Source: Sulfolobales archaeon HS-7
Lineage (GTDB): Archaea; Thermoproteota; Thermoprotei_A; Sulfolobales; Sulfolobaceae
Length of the DNA: 64,000 nt
Assembly: GCA_019704295.1 (NCBI GenBank)
Contig: AP024596.1
Coordinates: 1,536,001 to 1,600,000, forward strand
Direction of reading: 5' to 3'
Both the position numbers and the translations under genes were made by a program. Below are positions 31,261-42,236 of this stretch, piece after piece. Position 1 is the first letter of the stretch, and each line of letters starts with the position of its first letter. The notes under the pieces are model-generated. The model was not told the DNA's origin. It saw nothing but the letters and a program-made list of their open reading frames with translations, and ran no database searches.

Positions 31261-32346
31261 TTAAGTTAGATTTCCTGCGAGAAGTTCATATAAGTTAAAG
31301 TATTTAGGGAGTGTTGTACTAAGTCTAAAGTTTTCAGCCCACTTCCTTGCTCCAATACTCAACTTACTCCAGGTATAGTCGTCATCTAATTCCTTCATCG
31401 CTTTACATAACGATTCGGGATCGTTATTAATTGCGATGCTTCCAACTCCTGGTGGTGAGGCGTATTCCTGGCCTCCACCTTTTACCAGGATCGCGGGTTT
31501 GCCCATAGCCGATGCTTCCGCAATCGATAATCCAAATCCCTCAAATGGACTAGTGCTCACCAGGGCCATAGATTTCTTAATGAGATCGACCTTTCTCTCA
31601 TACGATACCTCACCAATATATTGGACATTGACGCGTGATTCCCTTATTTTCATATTTAGCTGATCCCCAAGACCGCCATCTGGACCAACAATAATCGCCG
31701 GACGATCGGGCTTACATAGCTTATACGCCTCGATTAGAGCCATTACATTTTTTTCCCTACTAATTCTACCTATCATTAAGTAATAGTCTCCCCTATAACG
31801 ATCGTCAGAAAACAAATTGTCTTCTACCCCGTTCGGAATTACGGTTGAATTTATCTTGAATTTTTTACTTAAAATATCTTTTTCCTGAGGGGTAATAGCA
31901 ATGACGTTATATGTACGCATGAATTTGCCGAGTAAGTTATCCGCCATCTTATAGTAAGCGTAATTGATAAGTCCAGTTTGATCCAGTTTGTAGAAAGGGG
32001 AGTGGGGTTGAAGGATTCTAACTCCTTTTTCTCCGCTAAGCTGGAACACATGTGGATGCCTCCATACGTGTACGTGAATTACATCACCTCTCATTCTCCT
32101 TACCTGTTTAGGTAAGGACGTGGAGAAAGTTCCGTGACCCCATGAGAAGTTAGGGTTTACCCTAAATATTCTAACTCCATTCCTCTCTTCCTCCTCACTC
32201 AGTCTCTTACCATCCCTAGTCCTATTATAAGTTATAACCATAGCCTCATGACCAATTTTCACAGCGTATTCGCTAATCTCTCGAACGACTTTTTCCACAC
32301 CTCCTACCACTGGATAATAGAATGGTGAAACCTGAACTACTCTCAA
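31261..32346 (-). CDS. GT4 glycosyltransferase
   Basis: YYPVVGGVE, IPNGV, IGRISREKN, EGFGLSIAEASAMGKP. Confidence 0.93.
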   Translation of the reverse strand: MRVVQVSPFYYPVVGGVEKVVREISEYAVKIGHEAMVITYNRTRDGKRLSEEEERNGVRIFRVNPNFSWGHGTFSTSLPKQVRRMRGDVIHVHVWRHPHVFQLSGEKGVRILQPHSPFYKLDQTGLINYAYYKMADNLLGKFMRTYNVIAITPQEKDILSKKFKINSTVIPNGVEDNLFSDDRYRGDYYLMIGRISREKNVMALIEAYKLCKPDRPAIIVGPDGGLGDQLNMKIRESRVNVQYIGEVSYERKVDLIKKSMALVSTSPFEGFGLSIAEASAMGKPAILVKGGGQEYASPPGVGSIAINNDPESLCKAMKELDDDYTWSKLSIGARKWAENFRLSTTLPKYFNLYELLAGNLT

Positions 32347-32399
32347 TATGAATAGATATCTTCCATACTATTTTAAATTCATAAGTAACAAAATCGTAT

Positions 32400-33269
32400 A
32401 TGGATAGAGTACAGACTATTCCGCTGAATTACAATAGAGAAGAATCTCTAGGAAAATGCGATGGAACTCAAATGATGAATAAATATCGCAGTAGAGAAAT
32501 TGTAATATATAACGAATCTGAGAATTCGAGGGTAGAATGTTTAAAGACCTTGGGCGAGAAATTATTAGGATTAAGCGAAGACAACGGACCTGAATATGCT
32601 AAAAACCTCGGCACTATGAAATCCAAAAAGTCGCCGTTTGCCGATAATAACGTTGCTGTAACTCCCGATAGGTTAAACCCGTTAATTAACGAGATAGAAT
32701 ATTGTAGGGACGTAGTGACTCGCCAAGGTCACTACACTGTATGTCCTTATGGAGATAGGATAGGTGAGGTCACCCAGTATTCGAGGGTGATCACGAGGAG
32801 GGATAATCAAAAGGGGGTTGGCAGTTCTGGCAAACTCCTGTCTAACTACTGGGGGGATTCCGAGTTGTTATGGAGACTTCACAGTCCTTGCTACAGTGGA
32901 TTAATGACACTGAAGTCTAAGGTTGTCCGTGAAATCCATGACATATCGAGAAAAACAACCCTATCTTACACCTGCTACCTTGGAATGAAGAATCGATTCC
33001 AACTCTTGACCCATTACAATAGGGTAGCTACAACGCTGTCTTACCCTCTCTTAGCCAGAATAATTGAAATTTTTCGAGGCGAAAACGAAATAGATCGATT
33101 AGTAGATGCACAGTCTTTCTCGGGTGAACCAAATTGCATTATTAGCGAAGGGAAACAACTATCCAATCTAGTAACAAAGGCAGTAGACTCCTTGAGACGG
33201 TGGATAAGGCATTCTCAGTTCAAATCATTAGTTTTCGACTTGGATAAGCCAATTCCGTTCCTTCATTAA
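32400..33269 (+). CDS. Highly degenerate GT2-like ORF (possibly non-functional)
   Basis: Residual DNGPEYAKNLG, FADNNVAVTPDRL and YWGDSELLWR line up with the neighbouring GT2s. Confidence 0.55.
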   Translation: MDRVQTIPLNYNREESLGKCDGTQMMNKYRSREIVIYNESENSRVECLKTLGEKLLGLSEDNGPEYAKNLGTMKSKKSPFADNNVAVTPDRLNPLINEIEYCRDVVTRQGHYTVCPYGDRIGEVTQYSRVITRRDNQKGVGSSGKLLSNYWGDSELLWRLHSPCYSGLMTLKSKVVREIHDISRKTTLSYTCYLGMKNRFQLLTHYNRVATTLSYPLLARIIEIFRGENEIDRLVDAQSFSGEPNCIISEGKQLSNLVTKAVDSLRRWIRHSQFKSLVFDLDKPIPFLH

Positions 33270-33278
33270 GGTGAAAAA

Positions 33279-34232
33279 ATGGTACTATTGAGTATCATAA
33301 TAGTTAACGTTAAGGGAAGTGAGTATCTTCCCAAACTAATAGAATCTATAATGAATTCCTCGTTTTCCGACTTTGAGGTTATCGTTGTGGACATAAAGGA
33401 GGGTGACATAATACATCAGAAGATTAAATATGTGGTCATAGAGAAGGATTTGGGTCTCTCATACTGTAGAAATGTAGGCGTAAATAGTTCCTCAGGAGAG
33501 TATATTTTGTTTCTCGATAACGATTCGGAGGTATTTTCTAATACCCTTCAGCACCTTATGGACTTCATGCTTAAAAACGAGGAGAAGATAGTCCAACCAT
33601 TGCTAATAAGAGACGATAATGCAATTGATGCTGCAGGTGGCCTTATAGACGAGCTAGGATATTCCAAGGAACTACATAGGGGCGAAAAACCCGAAAGAGT
33701 AACTGATGTTACACAGGTATTATATGCGAAGGGAGCCGCTTTCGCGTTATCGAGAAAAACTTTCGAGAAAGTGGGATATTTTGATGAGGAGTATTTTTAC
33801 GGTTATGATGAGTCGGATTACTGCTTGAACGCCTGGAAGAAAGGAGTTCCAGTGTACGTCTACCCTTCATCCATTGTGAGGCATTATGAACATGGATCAT
33901 TTAAAGGGAACGCCTTATCAAAAAGTAGGAGATTAACCTATTTTCTCGAAAGTAGGCGACTATACTTCGTGTTTAAGAACTTCAAACTGAGAATGCTGTT
34001 TAAGACAACGCTCCCAATATTAATTTACTTCTCAGGGAGTGTAATAAGGGATGCGCTAAACAAGGAAAGAAGGGGGTTGGTAAGGGTGAGAATTACTGCA
34101 TTTGTCTGGTTTTTAGGGAAGTTTCCTAAAATCGCCATGTATAGAATGAAAAGGAAGGAGATAACCTATGATGAGTATTACTTAATATCAAGGGGTTTAA
34201 TAATTAAGCACGGTGTAACTCGTGAAAGCTAG
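33279..34232 (+). CDS. GT2 glycosyltransferase
   Basis: LSIIIVN, RNVG, FLDND (DxD), GAAF, GYFDEEYFYGYDESD. Confidence 0.93.
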   Translation: MVLLSIIIVNVKGSEYLPKLIESIMNSSFSDFEVIVVDIKEGDIIHQKIKYVVIEKDLGLSYCRNVGVNSSSGEYILFLDNDSEVFSNTLQHLMDFMLKNEEKIVQPLLIRDDNAIDAAGGLIDELGYSKELHRGEKPERVTDVTQVLYAKGAAFALSRKTFEKVGYFDEEYFYGYDESDYCLNAWKKGVPVYVYPSSIVRHYEHGSFKGNALSKSRRLTYFLESRRLYFVFKNFKLRMLFKTTLPILIYFSGSVIRDALNKERRGLVRVRITAFVWFLGKFPKIAMYRMKRKEITYDEYYLISRGLIIKHGVTRES

Positions 34233-34252
34233 AGTATCAGAGTTTGATATAA

Positions 34253-35212
34253 ATGGTTAAATTAAGTATAATTATATTAAATGTAGGAGGAAGGGAGTAT
34301 CTAGGAAGGCTGTTAAACTCAATATCTAACTCCTCGTTTGACGACTATGAAATTTTAATCGCGGATACTGAGGAGATTAATGTAAACTGGGATAAGGTGA
34401 TTAAGATAAAATTAGACCATAACTACGGTCCTCCGCGCAACAGAAATATAACATTTGAAGAGGCTAAAGGTGAATATATTCTGTTCCTAGATAATGATAC
34501 CGAAGTCTTTCGTGACACCCTTCAAAACTTCATTACTTACATGGATGAAAACCCTGATAAAATGGTTCAATTGAAGCTGATCAACACTAAGGATTTGATA
34601 GACTCCGCCGGCGGATTCATTGACGATTTAGGTTACCCCACAGAGAGAGGCAGAGATTTGAAGCCTTTAGAGTATCGTAGATACGATCGCATACTCTACG
34701 GAAAAGGGGCTGCTCTCGGAATGAAGAGGGAGACATTCAAAAAACTCGGTGGTTTCGATGGCGATTTCTTTTATGGATTTGCGGATACAGATTTAGGATA
34801 CAGGGGATGGAGGAAGGGAATACCCGTCGTTTTTCACCCTGATTCCGTTGTAAGACATTACGAACACGGATCGTTTTCTTCCGCAGAAAGGGAGGAGAGA
34901 ATAACGTTCCTATTGGAAAGTAGGCGACTTTACTTCGTGTTTAAGAACTACGACACAGGGTTTCTATTAAGGAGAATTCCCTTTATTATTTACTACCTAA
35001 TAGGAAGTATGCTAATGGACGTCCTGAGGAGGAGGAAATTCAATTTATTCAAAATTAGGGTAAAAGCAGTAAGCTGGTTCCTCACTAAAATCCCAGAAAT
35101 CATTAGGAAAAGGTTAAATCAGAGTAAAGAACAGTACGTTTACACGGATAGCGAATTAGTAAATTTAGGACTCATTCTTTACCATAAGGATGTTATTAAG
35201 AAATTAAGATAG
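34253..35212 (+). CDS. GT2 glycosyltransferase (tandem paralog of the previous gene)
   Basis: FLDND, GGFDGDFFYGFADTD, shared RHYEHGSF and LESRRLYFVFKN. Confidence 0.93.
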   Translation: MVKLSIIILNVGGREYLGRLLNSISNSSFDDYEILIADTEEINVNWDKVIKIKLDHNYGPPRNRNITFEEAKGEYILFLDNDTEVFRDTLQNFITYMDENPDKMVQLKLINTKDLIDSAGGFIDDLGYPTERGRDLKPLEYRRYDRILYGKGAALGMKRETFKKLGGFDGDFFYGFADTDLGYRGWRKGIPVVFHPDSVVRHYEHGSFSSAEREERITFLLESRRLYFVFKNYDTGFLLRRIPFIIYYLIGSMLMDVLRRRKFNLFKIRVKAVSWFLTKIPEIIRKRLNQSKEQYVYTDSELVNLGLILYHKDVIKKLR

Positions 35213-35214
35213 AC

Positions 35215-36150
35215 TCATTTTCGCAGGACTGCGTATTCCAGCCTTTTTATAAGCGATGATATTCCCATTGTCATTAATCCCTGAATTCCTATGAGTAGAA
35301 GAGTTATCCCCATAAGCGCATACCCACTATGAAATACGCCTCTTAGAGCGTAATCTGCTAACGTATAGGCGAGGAGTCCAGCTCCCGGAACCGAGAATCC
35401 AGTAACGATAAGGGAATAAAATAGAATGGGATTATGATCTTTTGCCATCTTTAGAATATAGGAGGTTATTTTAAAGCCGTCTTTGAACGACGACAGCTTC
35501 CCAGTACCGTGCCTTTTATCATACCTAATAGGAACGTATGTTACCTTTCCCTTCTGTAGCATTTGACTTGCGATTTCTACCTCCACTTCAAACCCATCCG
35601 AGTCCAAGTTTAACGTTTTAGCGACCTCCGTATTAAGCACGTACATACCGGATAAGACGTCCCCTACGTCTGCTGAGAAGACGAGGGAGAAGATCTTATT
35701 TATTACTAAGTTCCCTAACCGGTGAACAGACCCTATGTTTTTCCTATCTCTTTTTCCGATAACCTCAACGTATTTTTGAGCGTGCGCAAGAAGTCTGTAA
35801 AGTTCGTCAGGTGGATATGTGCCATCAGCGTCAAGGAAGGCTACGTATGGGGTATTAATGTAGTCCAACGCAGTTTTTACAGCACCAGTTTTTCCTCCCC
35901 AGTGCTGTTCAACGACCTTAACTCCTCTACTCTCTGCGATTTTCACTGTACTATCACGAGAGTACCCGTCAATAACTAGGATATTAGTGTAACCGCAATC
36001 ACGCAATTGATCGAGCACATTCCCGATCCCCTCCTCCTCGTTAAGGGCGGAAAGTACTACTGTAACGTCTTCTTGCGTTATTTCCGTGCTAATAACGACC
36101 ATACTTTTACAACCTATTGGAGGTTTATAAGGCAATATGAATGTCCACAT
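35215..36150 (-). CDS. Polyprenol-phosphate glycosyltransferase (DPM1-like GT2) with C-terminal TMs; start may be the internal MVVIST
   Basis: ALNEEEGI, IDGYSRD, FLDADGTY, DVLSGM, GFEVEVE, KLSSFKDG. Confidence 0.92.
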   Translation of the reverse strand: MWTFILPYKPPIGCKSMVVISTEITQEDVTVVLSALNEEEGIGNVLDQLRDCGYTNILVIDGYSRDSTVKIAESRGVKVVEQHWGGKTGAVKTALDYINTPYVAFLDADGTYPPDELYRLLAHAQKYVEVIGKRDRKNIGSVHRLGNLVINKIFSLVFSADVGDVLSGMYVLNTEVAKTLNLDSDGFEVEVEIASQMLQKGKVTYVPIRYDKRHGTGKLSSFKDGFKITSYILKMAKDHNPILFYSLIVTGFSVPGAGLLAYTLADYALRGVFHSGYALMGITLLLIGIQGLMTMGISSLIKRLEYAVLRK

Positions 36151-36166
36151 AGCGTTTTCTGTAAGA

Positions 36167-37189
36167 TTACCTCTTAATTATATCTAAGAGAATGTCTACC
36201 GCTTTCTTTGGGGAGTGATTTTCTGTAACGTATTCTATGTTTCTTTCACTCTTAGCCTTTTCAGACGTTAATTGCTCCAATATTGCATTTGCGAACTCAT
36301 CATCTGAATTGGCCAGAACGTATTCGGCTTTCTCTATACCCTCCATCGCCTTATTTGAAGCGATAATGGGATTACCGGAAAGCATGTACTCCAAAGACTT
36401 CAGTTTAACTCCTCCTCCCCTAACTAGGGGGGCTATACATATATCTGCTCCAAGCAGATAAGGGGCAGTCGATTCAACATATCCAGTGGCAATAACAGGA
36501 TATTCCACCGGAGGAGGATTAGGGCCTACTAAATAAAAGTATGCCCTACGCTTCTCGTTAACCATTTTGGATATTTTAATAATTCTCTTAGCAGCCTCCA
36601 TATTAGGCGGATAGTTCATTCCACCCACGAAAACAACTGAGGGCCTCTTGAGCTCAAATGGGGATTCCCTCCTGAAAGACTCTACATCAATGACATTAGG
36701 TAATATCGTTACGTTGTCGAGATCCCCTAACTCCTTAGCCTCTATCGTTGAAGGGACCATAACCCTATCGTAGTAATGCGCAGTGCTCTCAAGGAACTTA
36801 ATAACCCTCCTTCCTACGAAACTATTTCCTACATCCTGTTTTGACTCTACAGAGTGCAAATGGAGTAAGCTCTTCTTTCCAGATAACTTACTTGCCGTTA
36901 ATGTTGGAATAGATGCCCAAGCTGTCTCGGATATGTAAACGTCAGAGTTATCATCTATAAGCCCTTTGATAAAGGAAGGGTTATTTTGCCTTAGCCAGAG
37001 CATCCTCTTACCTCGTTCGGCTACACCCCTTCTAGAGTAAGGAGATATTCTTACGGGGATTCCCCTCCTTACCATCTCATTATACACTAGAAACACCTCC
37101 TCATGGATCCCCCCTCTCTCTGGATAGATCGATTCCATCATGACGAACTCTACGCTTCTTATTGAACTAGTTTTCCTAAAACTACTCAA
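36167..37189 (-). CDS. GT4 glycosyltransferase
   Basis: FVGGMNYPPN, GGGVKLKSLEYMLSGNPII. Confidence 0.9.
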   Translation of the reverse strand: MSSFRKTSSIRSVEFVMMESIYPERGGIHEEVFLVYNEMVRRGIPVRISPYSRRGVAERGKRMLWLRQNNPSFIKGLIDDNSDVYISETAWASIPTLTASKLSGKKSLLHLHSVESKQDVGNSFVGRRVIKFLESTAHYYDRVMVPSTIEAKELGDLDNVTILPNVIDVESFRRESPFELKRPSVVFVGGMNYPPNMEAAKRIIKISKMVNEKRRAYFYLVGPNPPPVEYPVIATGYVESTAPYLLGADICIAPLVRGGGVKLKSLEYMLSGNPIIASNKAMEGIEKAEYVLANSDDEFANAILEQLTSEKAKSERNIEYVTENHSPKKAVDILLDIIKR

Positions 37190-38015
37190 TATGCCTCTTC
37201 ACACTCCTCAAACTGCCTTAGCTTTTCCGAAATCAAGGTGGCCCCGCACCACTCCCTTTCCCATTTCATTACCATATAGTTAAGCTTCTCAACCCATTCC
37301 GATTTTCTCATATTCCTAGGTATGCCTATGGAGAGGAATAATTCTCTATTTGAGGGATACATGGCATTTCCCCGCAGTATCGAAAGGAGTTTTCCCAGAG
37401 TGAAGACGTAGGAGTTAAGGCCGTTGGACCTTACGGGCACACCCGCTGTGTAAGCATTCACGGATGACCTAACCCCGGTCAACAACATGGAAAGGAAGTT
37501 CCCTTTTCCCTTATGAGGCCTTATGTGTTTCCTCATATATTTTCCAGCACATGACAAATAAATGAATTTAAACGCTTTCGCCAATCTAAGCCAGGGATCG
37601 AAATCCTTAATGTAATGCATATTTCGCCGTCCTTCATCCTTCACTATCAATTCCTCTCTCGAAATTATAGGAAGGGGACTAATACCAAGGGTTATCCCGT
37701 AATCTTCGATCTCTTTTCTAAATCTCGCAAAGAGATCGGTAATATCGTTATACATCAGATGGCCGTCGATTCGCATAATGTATTTTACCTTGAATTCCTT
37801 AACGCTAATTCCCTAGCCTTTCGCCTACCTCCCCTTAACCTCATTACCTTAGGTGAGGAGTGGGAGTTGATGATCTCCAGGGTTTTATCCTTACTATATC
37901 CCTCGACTATTACCAACTCGTGGTGGCTATCGACTTGCTGTACAACTTTTTCCATAACCTTCCCGATAACAGGTTCCTCATTTTTAACTGCCATGTTCCC
38001 ACTTACAATAGTCAT
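37186..38015 (-). pseudogene. GT2-like gene split by a 1-nt frameshift near 37785
   Basis: N-part MAVKNEE..VIVEGYSKDKT..ARELALRNSR* continues in the -1 frame as KYIMRIDGHLMY; flanked by coupled genes. Confidence 0.75.
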
Positions 38016-38018
38016 ACG

Positions 38019-39737
38019 CTATTCAATCCTCTTTTTTGCCAGGAGGACTGACGCTATCAACGCTGAGATAATCGATATAACTGTACCTATAAATACAATA
38101 GTTAAAATAAGATCTTCCGAGGATGTGTTAATCCTTTTTCCAGTTACCTGAGTGGCATTGGAAACCTCAGGCAAGTACTCAACGACAATTTTCTTGGGGG
38201 AATGTATCGTAATGTTATTATAGTTGTTAATTGTTGAGGTATTTAACTCGAAAGTCTCTCCTTTATATAGGTATAGGAGGGGAATACTAATAATTGAGGA
38301 ATTGGGTTCCCAAGCTGTAAAGTTATATACCGTATCGGAACCGTAGATTCCTAATATCTGAACTAAATACTCTTGTATGTAATAGTCATTAATCGAAACG
38401 GGACTTACCATAGTAAAATTATATCGATCTGATGAGATAACCAATCTGTTCTCACCGTTGATGTAATAAATTCGAAATACGGTAACGTTATCCGTGGCGT
38501 TCAGCCAAGATGAATATATTGAAGAGTTCAATCCGTTAATCTTACCGTATACTGGTACATCTAAGGAGAGATAGTTTTGGGTATAAAAAACCAATTTTGA
38601 AAAGTTATTAAAAGTTAAAATTTGTTTTGGTACCACATCCCTCGTAACGTTAGATAGGTATACGATCTGGGACATAACTTTAACGGAACTTCCATTAAAA
38701 ATCCATATGTACCTCTGCGTCGTTATGTTCCCGCTATAGTTAAGAAGAAGGGGAATTGGAAAAGTTAGGAGATCTTGTTCTAATTGTACATCACTTATGA
38801 ATACTCCTCCACCAAGGTAATGAATCCCCGAATAATTTCCCATTGTAATTAGCCTGGTATTGTTTGATAAGGTAACGTAGTTTGGTACGCATATCTCCTC
38901 ACTTTTGTTATACCAGCCTGAAATCATATTCTCCAACTTTCCAGAGATGTACGCTAAGATTGGGGTCTTTACAGTTATGTAAAACTGCTCAATCTGCGTA
39001 TCGTTTATGAATAAAGGTGCGTTAAGCACTTTCGTCGATATTAAGTTTCCATAGGTGAAAAACCTCGTAAATTCATTTTGATAAAGGTACCTAGCGAGAG
39101 TTATGTTGGTTCCAGATGGATACCATCCGCTGCATATTTCCTTAACCGTTCCGTTAATATAACCTCTGTATTGAGAAGAGGTATTGACGTAAAACTGTTC
39201 TTTATAAACTACTACCGCTGTGAGTGGAGATGTCACAAATATGGATTGAAACTTTTCCCCGTTAATGCAATAATCGTAGGGAATATACCTTGTATCGTTC
39301 AATTGATAGAAATAGTTCCTGGGTAAGCCTACAGATTGACTCACGTTAAACCAACCGGAAGATATGGGGAAAGGGTATTGAGAGGAAATGTTTACGTAAT
39401 ACTGTTTCTCATATAGGGGAGACACCAAATAACATCCTGACGTTTTGTTGTTCGAGGAGATTACAACCACATTTGAATGATAATATGTATTATTTACCTT
39501 AACGGCAACCAAATGAGTTCTAGAGGCGGGGTAAACATCAAAATTTTGTTGGAAAGTTATGTTAATTAACTGAGTTTGAAATGTATAGCTCCCTGGCCTA
39601 GTTAAAGTACCGTTGACAAAAAAAGGGATATTAGAACTCACTTTTATTTCACTCTTATACGTTTGAGAAAACACTTCTATTCCGAATATGGAGATTATTG
39701 AGAGTGTTACGATTAGCACGACAATTATTCTATTCAT
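38019..39737 (-). CDS. Secreted, C-terminally anchored surface glycoprotein with repeated beta modules
   Basis: Signal peptide; repeats of QY/FYV..S...SGWY/F..S; many sequons; C-terminal TM plus KKR. Confidence 0.85.
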   Translation of the reverse strand: MNRIIVVLIVTLSIISIFGIEVFSQTYKSEIKVSSNIPFFVNGTLTRPGSYTFQTQLINITFQQNFDVYPASRTHLVAVKVNNTYYHSNVVVISSNNKTSGCYLVSPLYEKQYYVNISSQYPFPISSGWFNVSQSVGLPRNYFYQLNDTRYIPYDYCINGEKFQSIFVTSPLTAVVVYKEQFYVNTSSQYRGYINGTVKEICSGWYPSGTNITLARYLYQNEFTRFFTYGNLISTKVLNAPLFINDTQIEQFYITVKTPILAYISGKLENMISGWYNKSEEICVPNYVTLSNNTRLITMGNYSGIHYLGGGVFISDVQLEQDLLTFPIPLLLNYSGNITTQRYIWIFNGSSVKVMSQIVYLSNVTRDVVPKQILTFNNFSKLVFYTQNYLSLDVPVYGKINGLNSSIYSSWLNATDNVTVFRIYYINGENRLVISSDRYNFTMVSPVSINDYYIQEYLVQILGIYGSDTVYNFTAWEPNSSIISIPLLYLYKGETFELNTSTINNYNNITIHSPKKIVVEYLPEVSNATQVTGKRINTSSEDLILTIVFIGTVISIISALIASVLLAKKRIE

Positions 39738-40468
39738 GAATTCCCACCAGTTTGCATAAGTTTAATATAGGTATGGAACATCTTCCTATATTTTATCGAA
39801 ATCCCAAGAATAGTTAGCGGGATATTCCATACCCATCCTTTAATTTTACCTAATAAGCTTGAGTCAGGAGGATTAACGATCAATCTTAATCCCTTCTGGG
39901 CTATCAGAGAGTGAATTAGGTTTGTATTGTTCATCATTTCCATATATTTATTCAAAAACAAGTACGGAGTCGAAATTACGATAATTTTCCCCTTACCGTA
40001 ACTTACACACGATATTAGGGAATTTCCCTCAAAGGACAGGGTTGATTCACCGCCTATAATTGGATGTGGATAAGGGAAAACGTACCTCATACCGTTATCT
40101 TTTACAATGTCGATCGAGCAGTTGAATACGTACGAATTATTTGACGTTATTAGATTAGGAGCGAGAACGACATTAACCTTTATGATCTTGATCAAATAAG
40201 CTGAAACCAGGCTGTAATTCCCTGCAAGTATAAGGGTATTGCCTGAAAATACATATGATGAGAAGTTACTCTCACAACTTCCTCCCACCAGTAACATAAG
40301 GGTGACATTACTTGAGTTTTCAAGGATATATGAACGGTGTAATTCGGAGAGCCCAGAGGGACCTACATTATAAGGCGAGTAAGAGAGGTTGTCTGGATAA
40401 AGAAAGGCCGTCAATGCTAATATTAGGAAAAACAGGCCAACGAAAATGTAGAATGCTCTACTTATCAT
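39734..40468 (-). CDS. DUF4350-like membrane-anchored protein
   Basis: N-terminal TM, YSPYNVGPSGLSEL, GNTLILAG, YGKGKIIVISTPYLFLN. Confidence 0.75.
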   Translation of the reverse strand: MISRAFYIFVGLFFLILALTAFLYPDNLSYSPYNVGPSGLSELHRSYILENSSNVTLMLLVGGSCESNFSSYVFSGNTLILAGNYSLVSAYLIKIIKVNVVLAPNLITSNNSYVFNCSIDIVKDNGMRYVFPYPHPIIGGESTLSFEGNSLISCVSYGKGKIIVISTPYLFLNKYMEMMNNTNLIHSLIAQKGLRLIVNPPDSSLLGKIKGWVWNIPLTILGISIKYRKMFHTYIKLMQTGGNS

Positions 40469-42194
40469 TTTTCTCCACCCTTAATTCCCTTAGCTCTGTT
40501 TTGCGTTTACCCCGTTTACTCCTTCTCTTTAAAATAACTTCGGCCGTTATCCCCAGAATAATAAAGATCACTCCGTAAAGCGGATTTACTATCGTAGTTG
40601 AAGTGGAAACAACAACGGAATAGTAATAATCTCGGGGAACTATCTTAACGAAAATAGTTTGGTTTCCCATAACGACTAACACTCTGGGATTAAGCAGGAG
40701 TTCGAAACTTCCGTTCCTAACTAAAGTTGAATATCTCTCCTTTCCTACGTATACGTACACCTTAGAACCGTCTACCCCCTTCTCCGCGACTTTCCCGGAA
40801 ACCTTAATTTTTAGTGGAATTACCCAATACTTTGATATTTTTACTGAGGCGTTAAGGATATGTAAAAGTGGGGTAAATCGAAGAGTTGCGTTAGCTGGGG
40901 CGAGATAGTATTGTGGAAGAATGGAAATCTCTACGTTATAGGTTTGATTGGTCAGGTTGATAGGTACAGGAACAGACACACTAAAGTTCCCTGTAACGTT
41001 GTACCTGGAAATTACGTTTGAGAGGTTTACTACCATAATCCTGTTTTTCCCAGTTACACAGCCCGAGAGATTAAAGTTCTCACCAACATAGACTTTCCCA
41101 AATGACTTATTGATGTAGAGCTCCGTTTGAGTTACGTTTACCGGAACCTCGTAGGTGGTGAAATCAGGATAAAAGGAGCGGTTGCCCGGATATATTACTA
41201 CTATTGACATATACGATAGGTAATCCCTTAAAGTAATCGTAAAGTTGAATTTTCCGTGATCGAGTGGTAAATATTCTGAGATATTTAAGTACTGTAGGAA
41301 AACGTAGCCGGAAGGGAAAAGGTCCTTAGAGGACGTGACTGATCCATTTATCTCGATCGTTTTATTCTCTGGAATTTTTTTAGGAAGGGTGAGTGAGATA
41401 TGCGTTCTCTCGGTCCAGTTTGGGTTTACTCTTCCTATGACCTGGAAATACAGCTGCGAATTAAGGATTTTATAATAGAGTGTTCTATTCATATCGTCAA
41501 CTAGGGATTTGAGATCAATACAAGATTTCACATTGGAGAATTCCCTAAGGATTTGCATTTGTATCCTCAAGTTATTTAGGCTATTTGAAGTGTTTGCATA
41601 TGCAGAAAGAAGTTGGTTATAATCCGTTTCCGCCAACGCGAAATTACCTTCTTTCAGGTTAGTTAAGTAATCTAAATACATCGCATTAGTATATTCGTAA
41701 TTTCTCAGAAAGCTCATTGCAGCATCGTATGACGAATTCACGTATTTTTGATAACCCTCTGACAGGATAACGTCTGGAGGAGGGGAACTAGCGTTATTTT
41801 CGGAAACTATAGACGAGTAATAATTGAACAGTCCTGAAGTCGACGGGGATACAGTTAATGAAGAGACGTCCTTTGGTGAAGTAAAACCCGCAACTCCTGC
41901 ATAAAACGCGGCCGAGAAAGTTAAAATTAGGACGATAGGCACTAATATGTTCCTATAATCGATGGAGCTCCAGAACTTCCTGGTGTAGAAAAACGTAAGA
42001 AATACGCTGAAAACTCCCGTTAAATATAGTGCAAATGACGAGTTAAAGGTTATAGCCAAGAGGACAAGTATTATTACACCTAAGGAAAGGGGGATGGAGA
42101 AGACTCCAAGTTTTTTCAGTTTAGTAAAACTTATTGCCGTCAGACCTATGAAGCCCCCTAATATTAACGGCAACAAGTAAGTGTTAACTTCCAT
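40458..42194 (-). CDS. Multi-TM protein with helical stalk, Ig-like extracellular modules and C-terminal TM
   Basis: 4 N-terminal TMs, helical region, beta-rich repeats (INGSV, YPGN, VSGKV, NGSF), C-terminal TM with basic tail. Confidence 0.8.
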   Translation of the reverse strand: MEVNTYLLPLILGGFIGLTAISFTKLKKLGVFSIPLSLGVIILVLLAITFNSSFALYLTGVFSVFLTFFYTRKFWSSIDYRNILVPIVLILTFSAAFYAGVAGFTSPKDVSSLTVSPSTSGLFNYYSSIVSENNASSPPPDVILSEGYQKYVNSSYDAAMSFLRNYEYTNAMYLDYLTNLKEGNFALAETDYNQLLSAYANTSNSLNNLRIQMQILREFSNVKSCIDLKSLVDDMNRTLYYKILNSQLYFQVIGRVNPNWTERTHISLTLPKKIPENKTIEINGSVTSSKDLFPSGYVFLQYLNISEYLPLDHGKFNFTITLRDYLSYMSIVVIYPGNRSFYPDFTTYEVPVNVTQTELYINKSFGKVYVGENFNLSGCVTGKNRIMVVNLSNVISRYNVTGNFSVSVPVPINLTNQTYNVEISILPQYYLAPANATLRFTPLLHILNASVKISKYWVIPLKIKVSGKVAEKGVDGSKVYVYVGKERYSTLVRNGSFELLLNPRVLVVMGNQTIFVKIVPRDYYYSVVVSTSTTIVNPLYGVIFIILGITAEVILKRRSKRGKRKTELRELRVEKNDK

Positions 42195-42236
42195 TTTATC
42201 GATGATTACTAAAGGTCCTAGTTAAAAAGGTAATAG

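Noticed and set aside
37775-37800. Programmed frameshift in the split GT2
   Set aside because: No canonical slippery heptamer or long homopolymer; mutation or sequencing error is simpler
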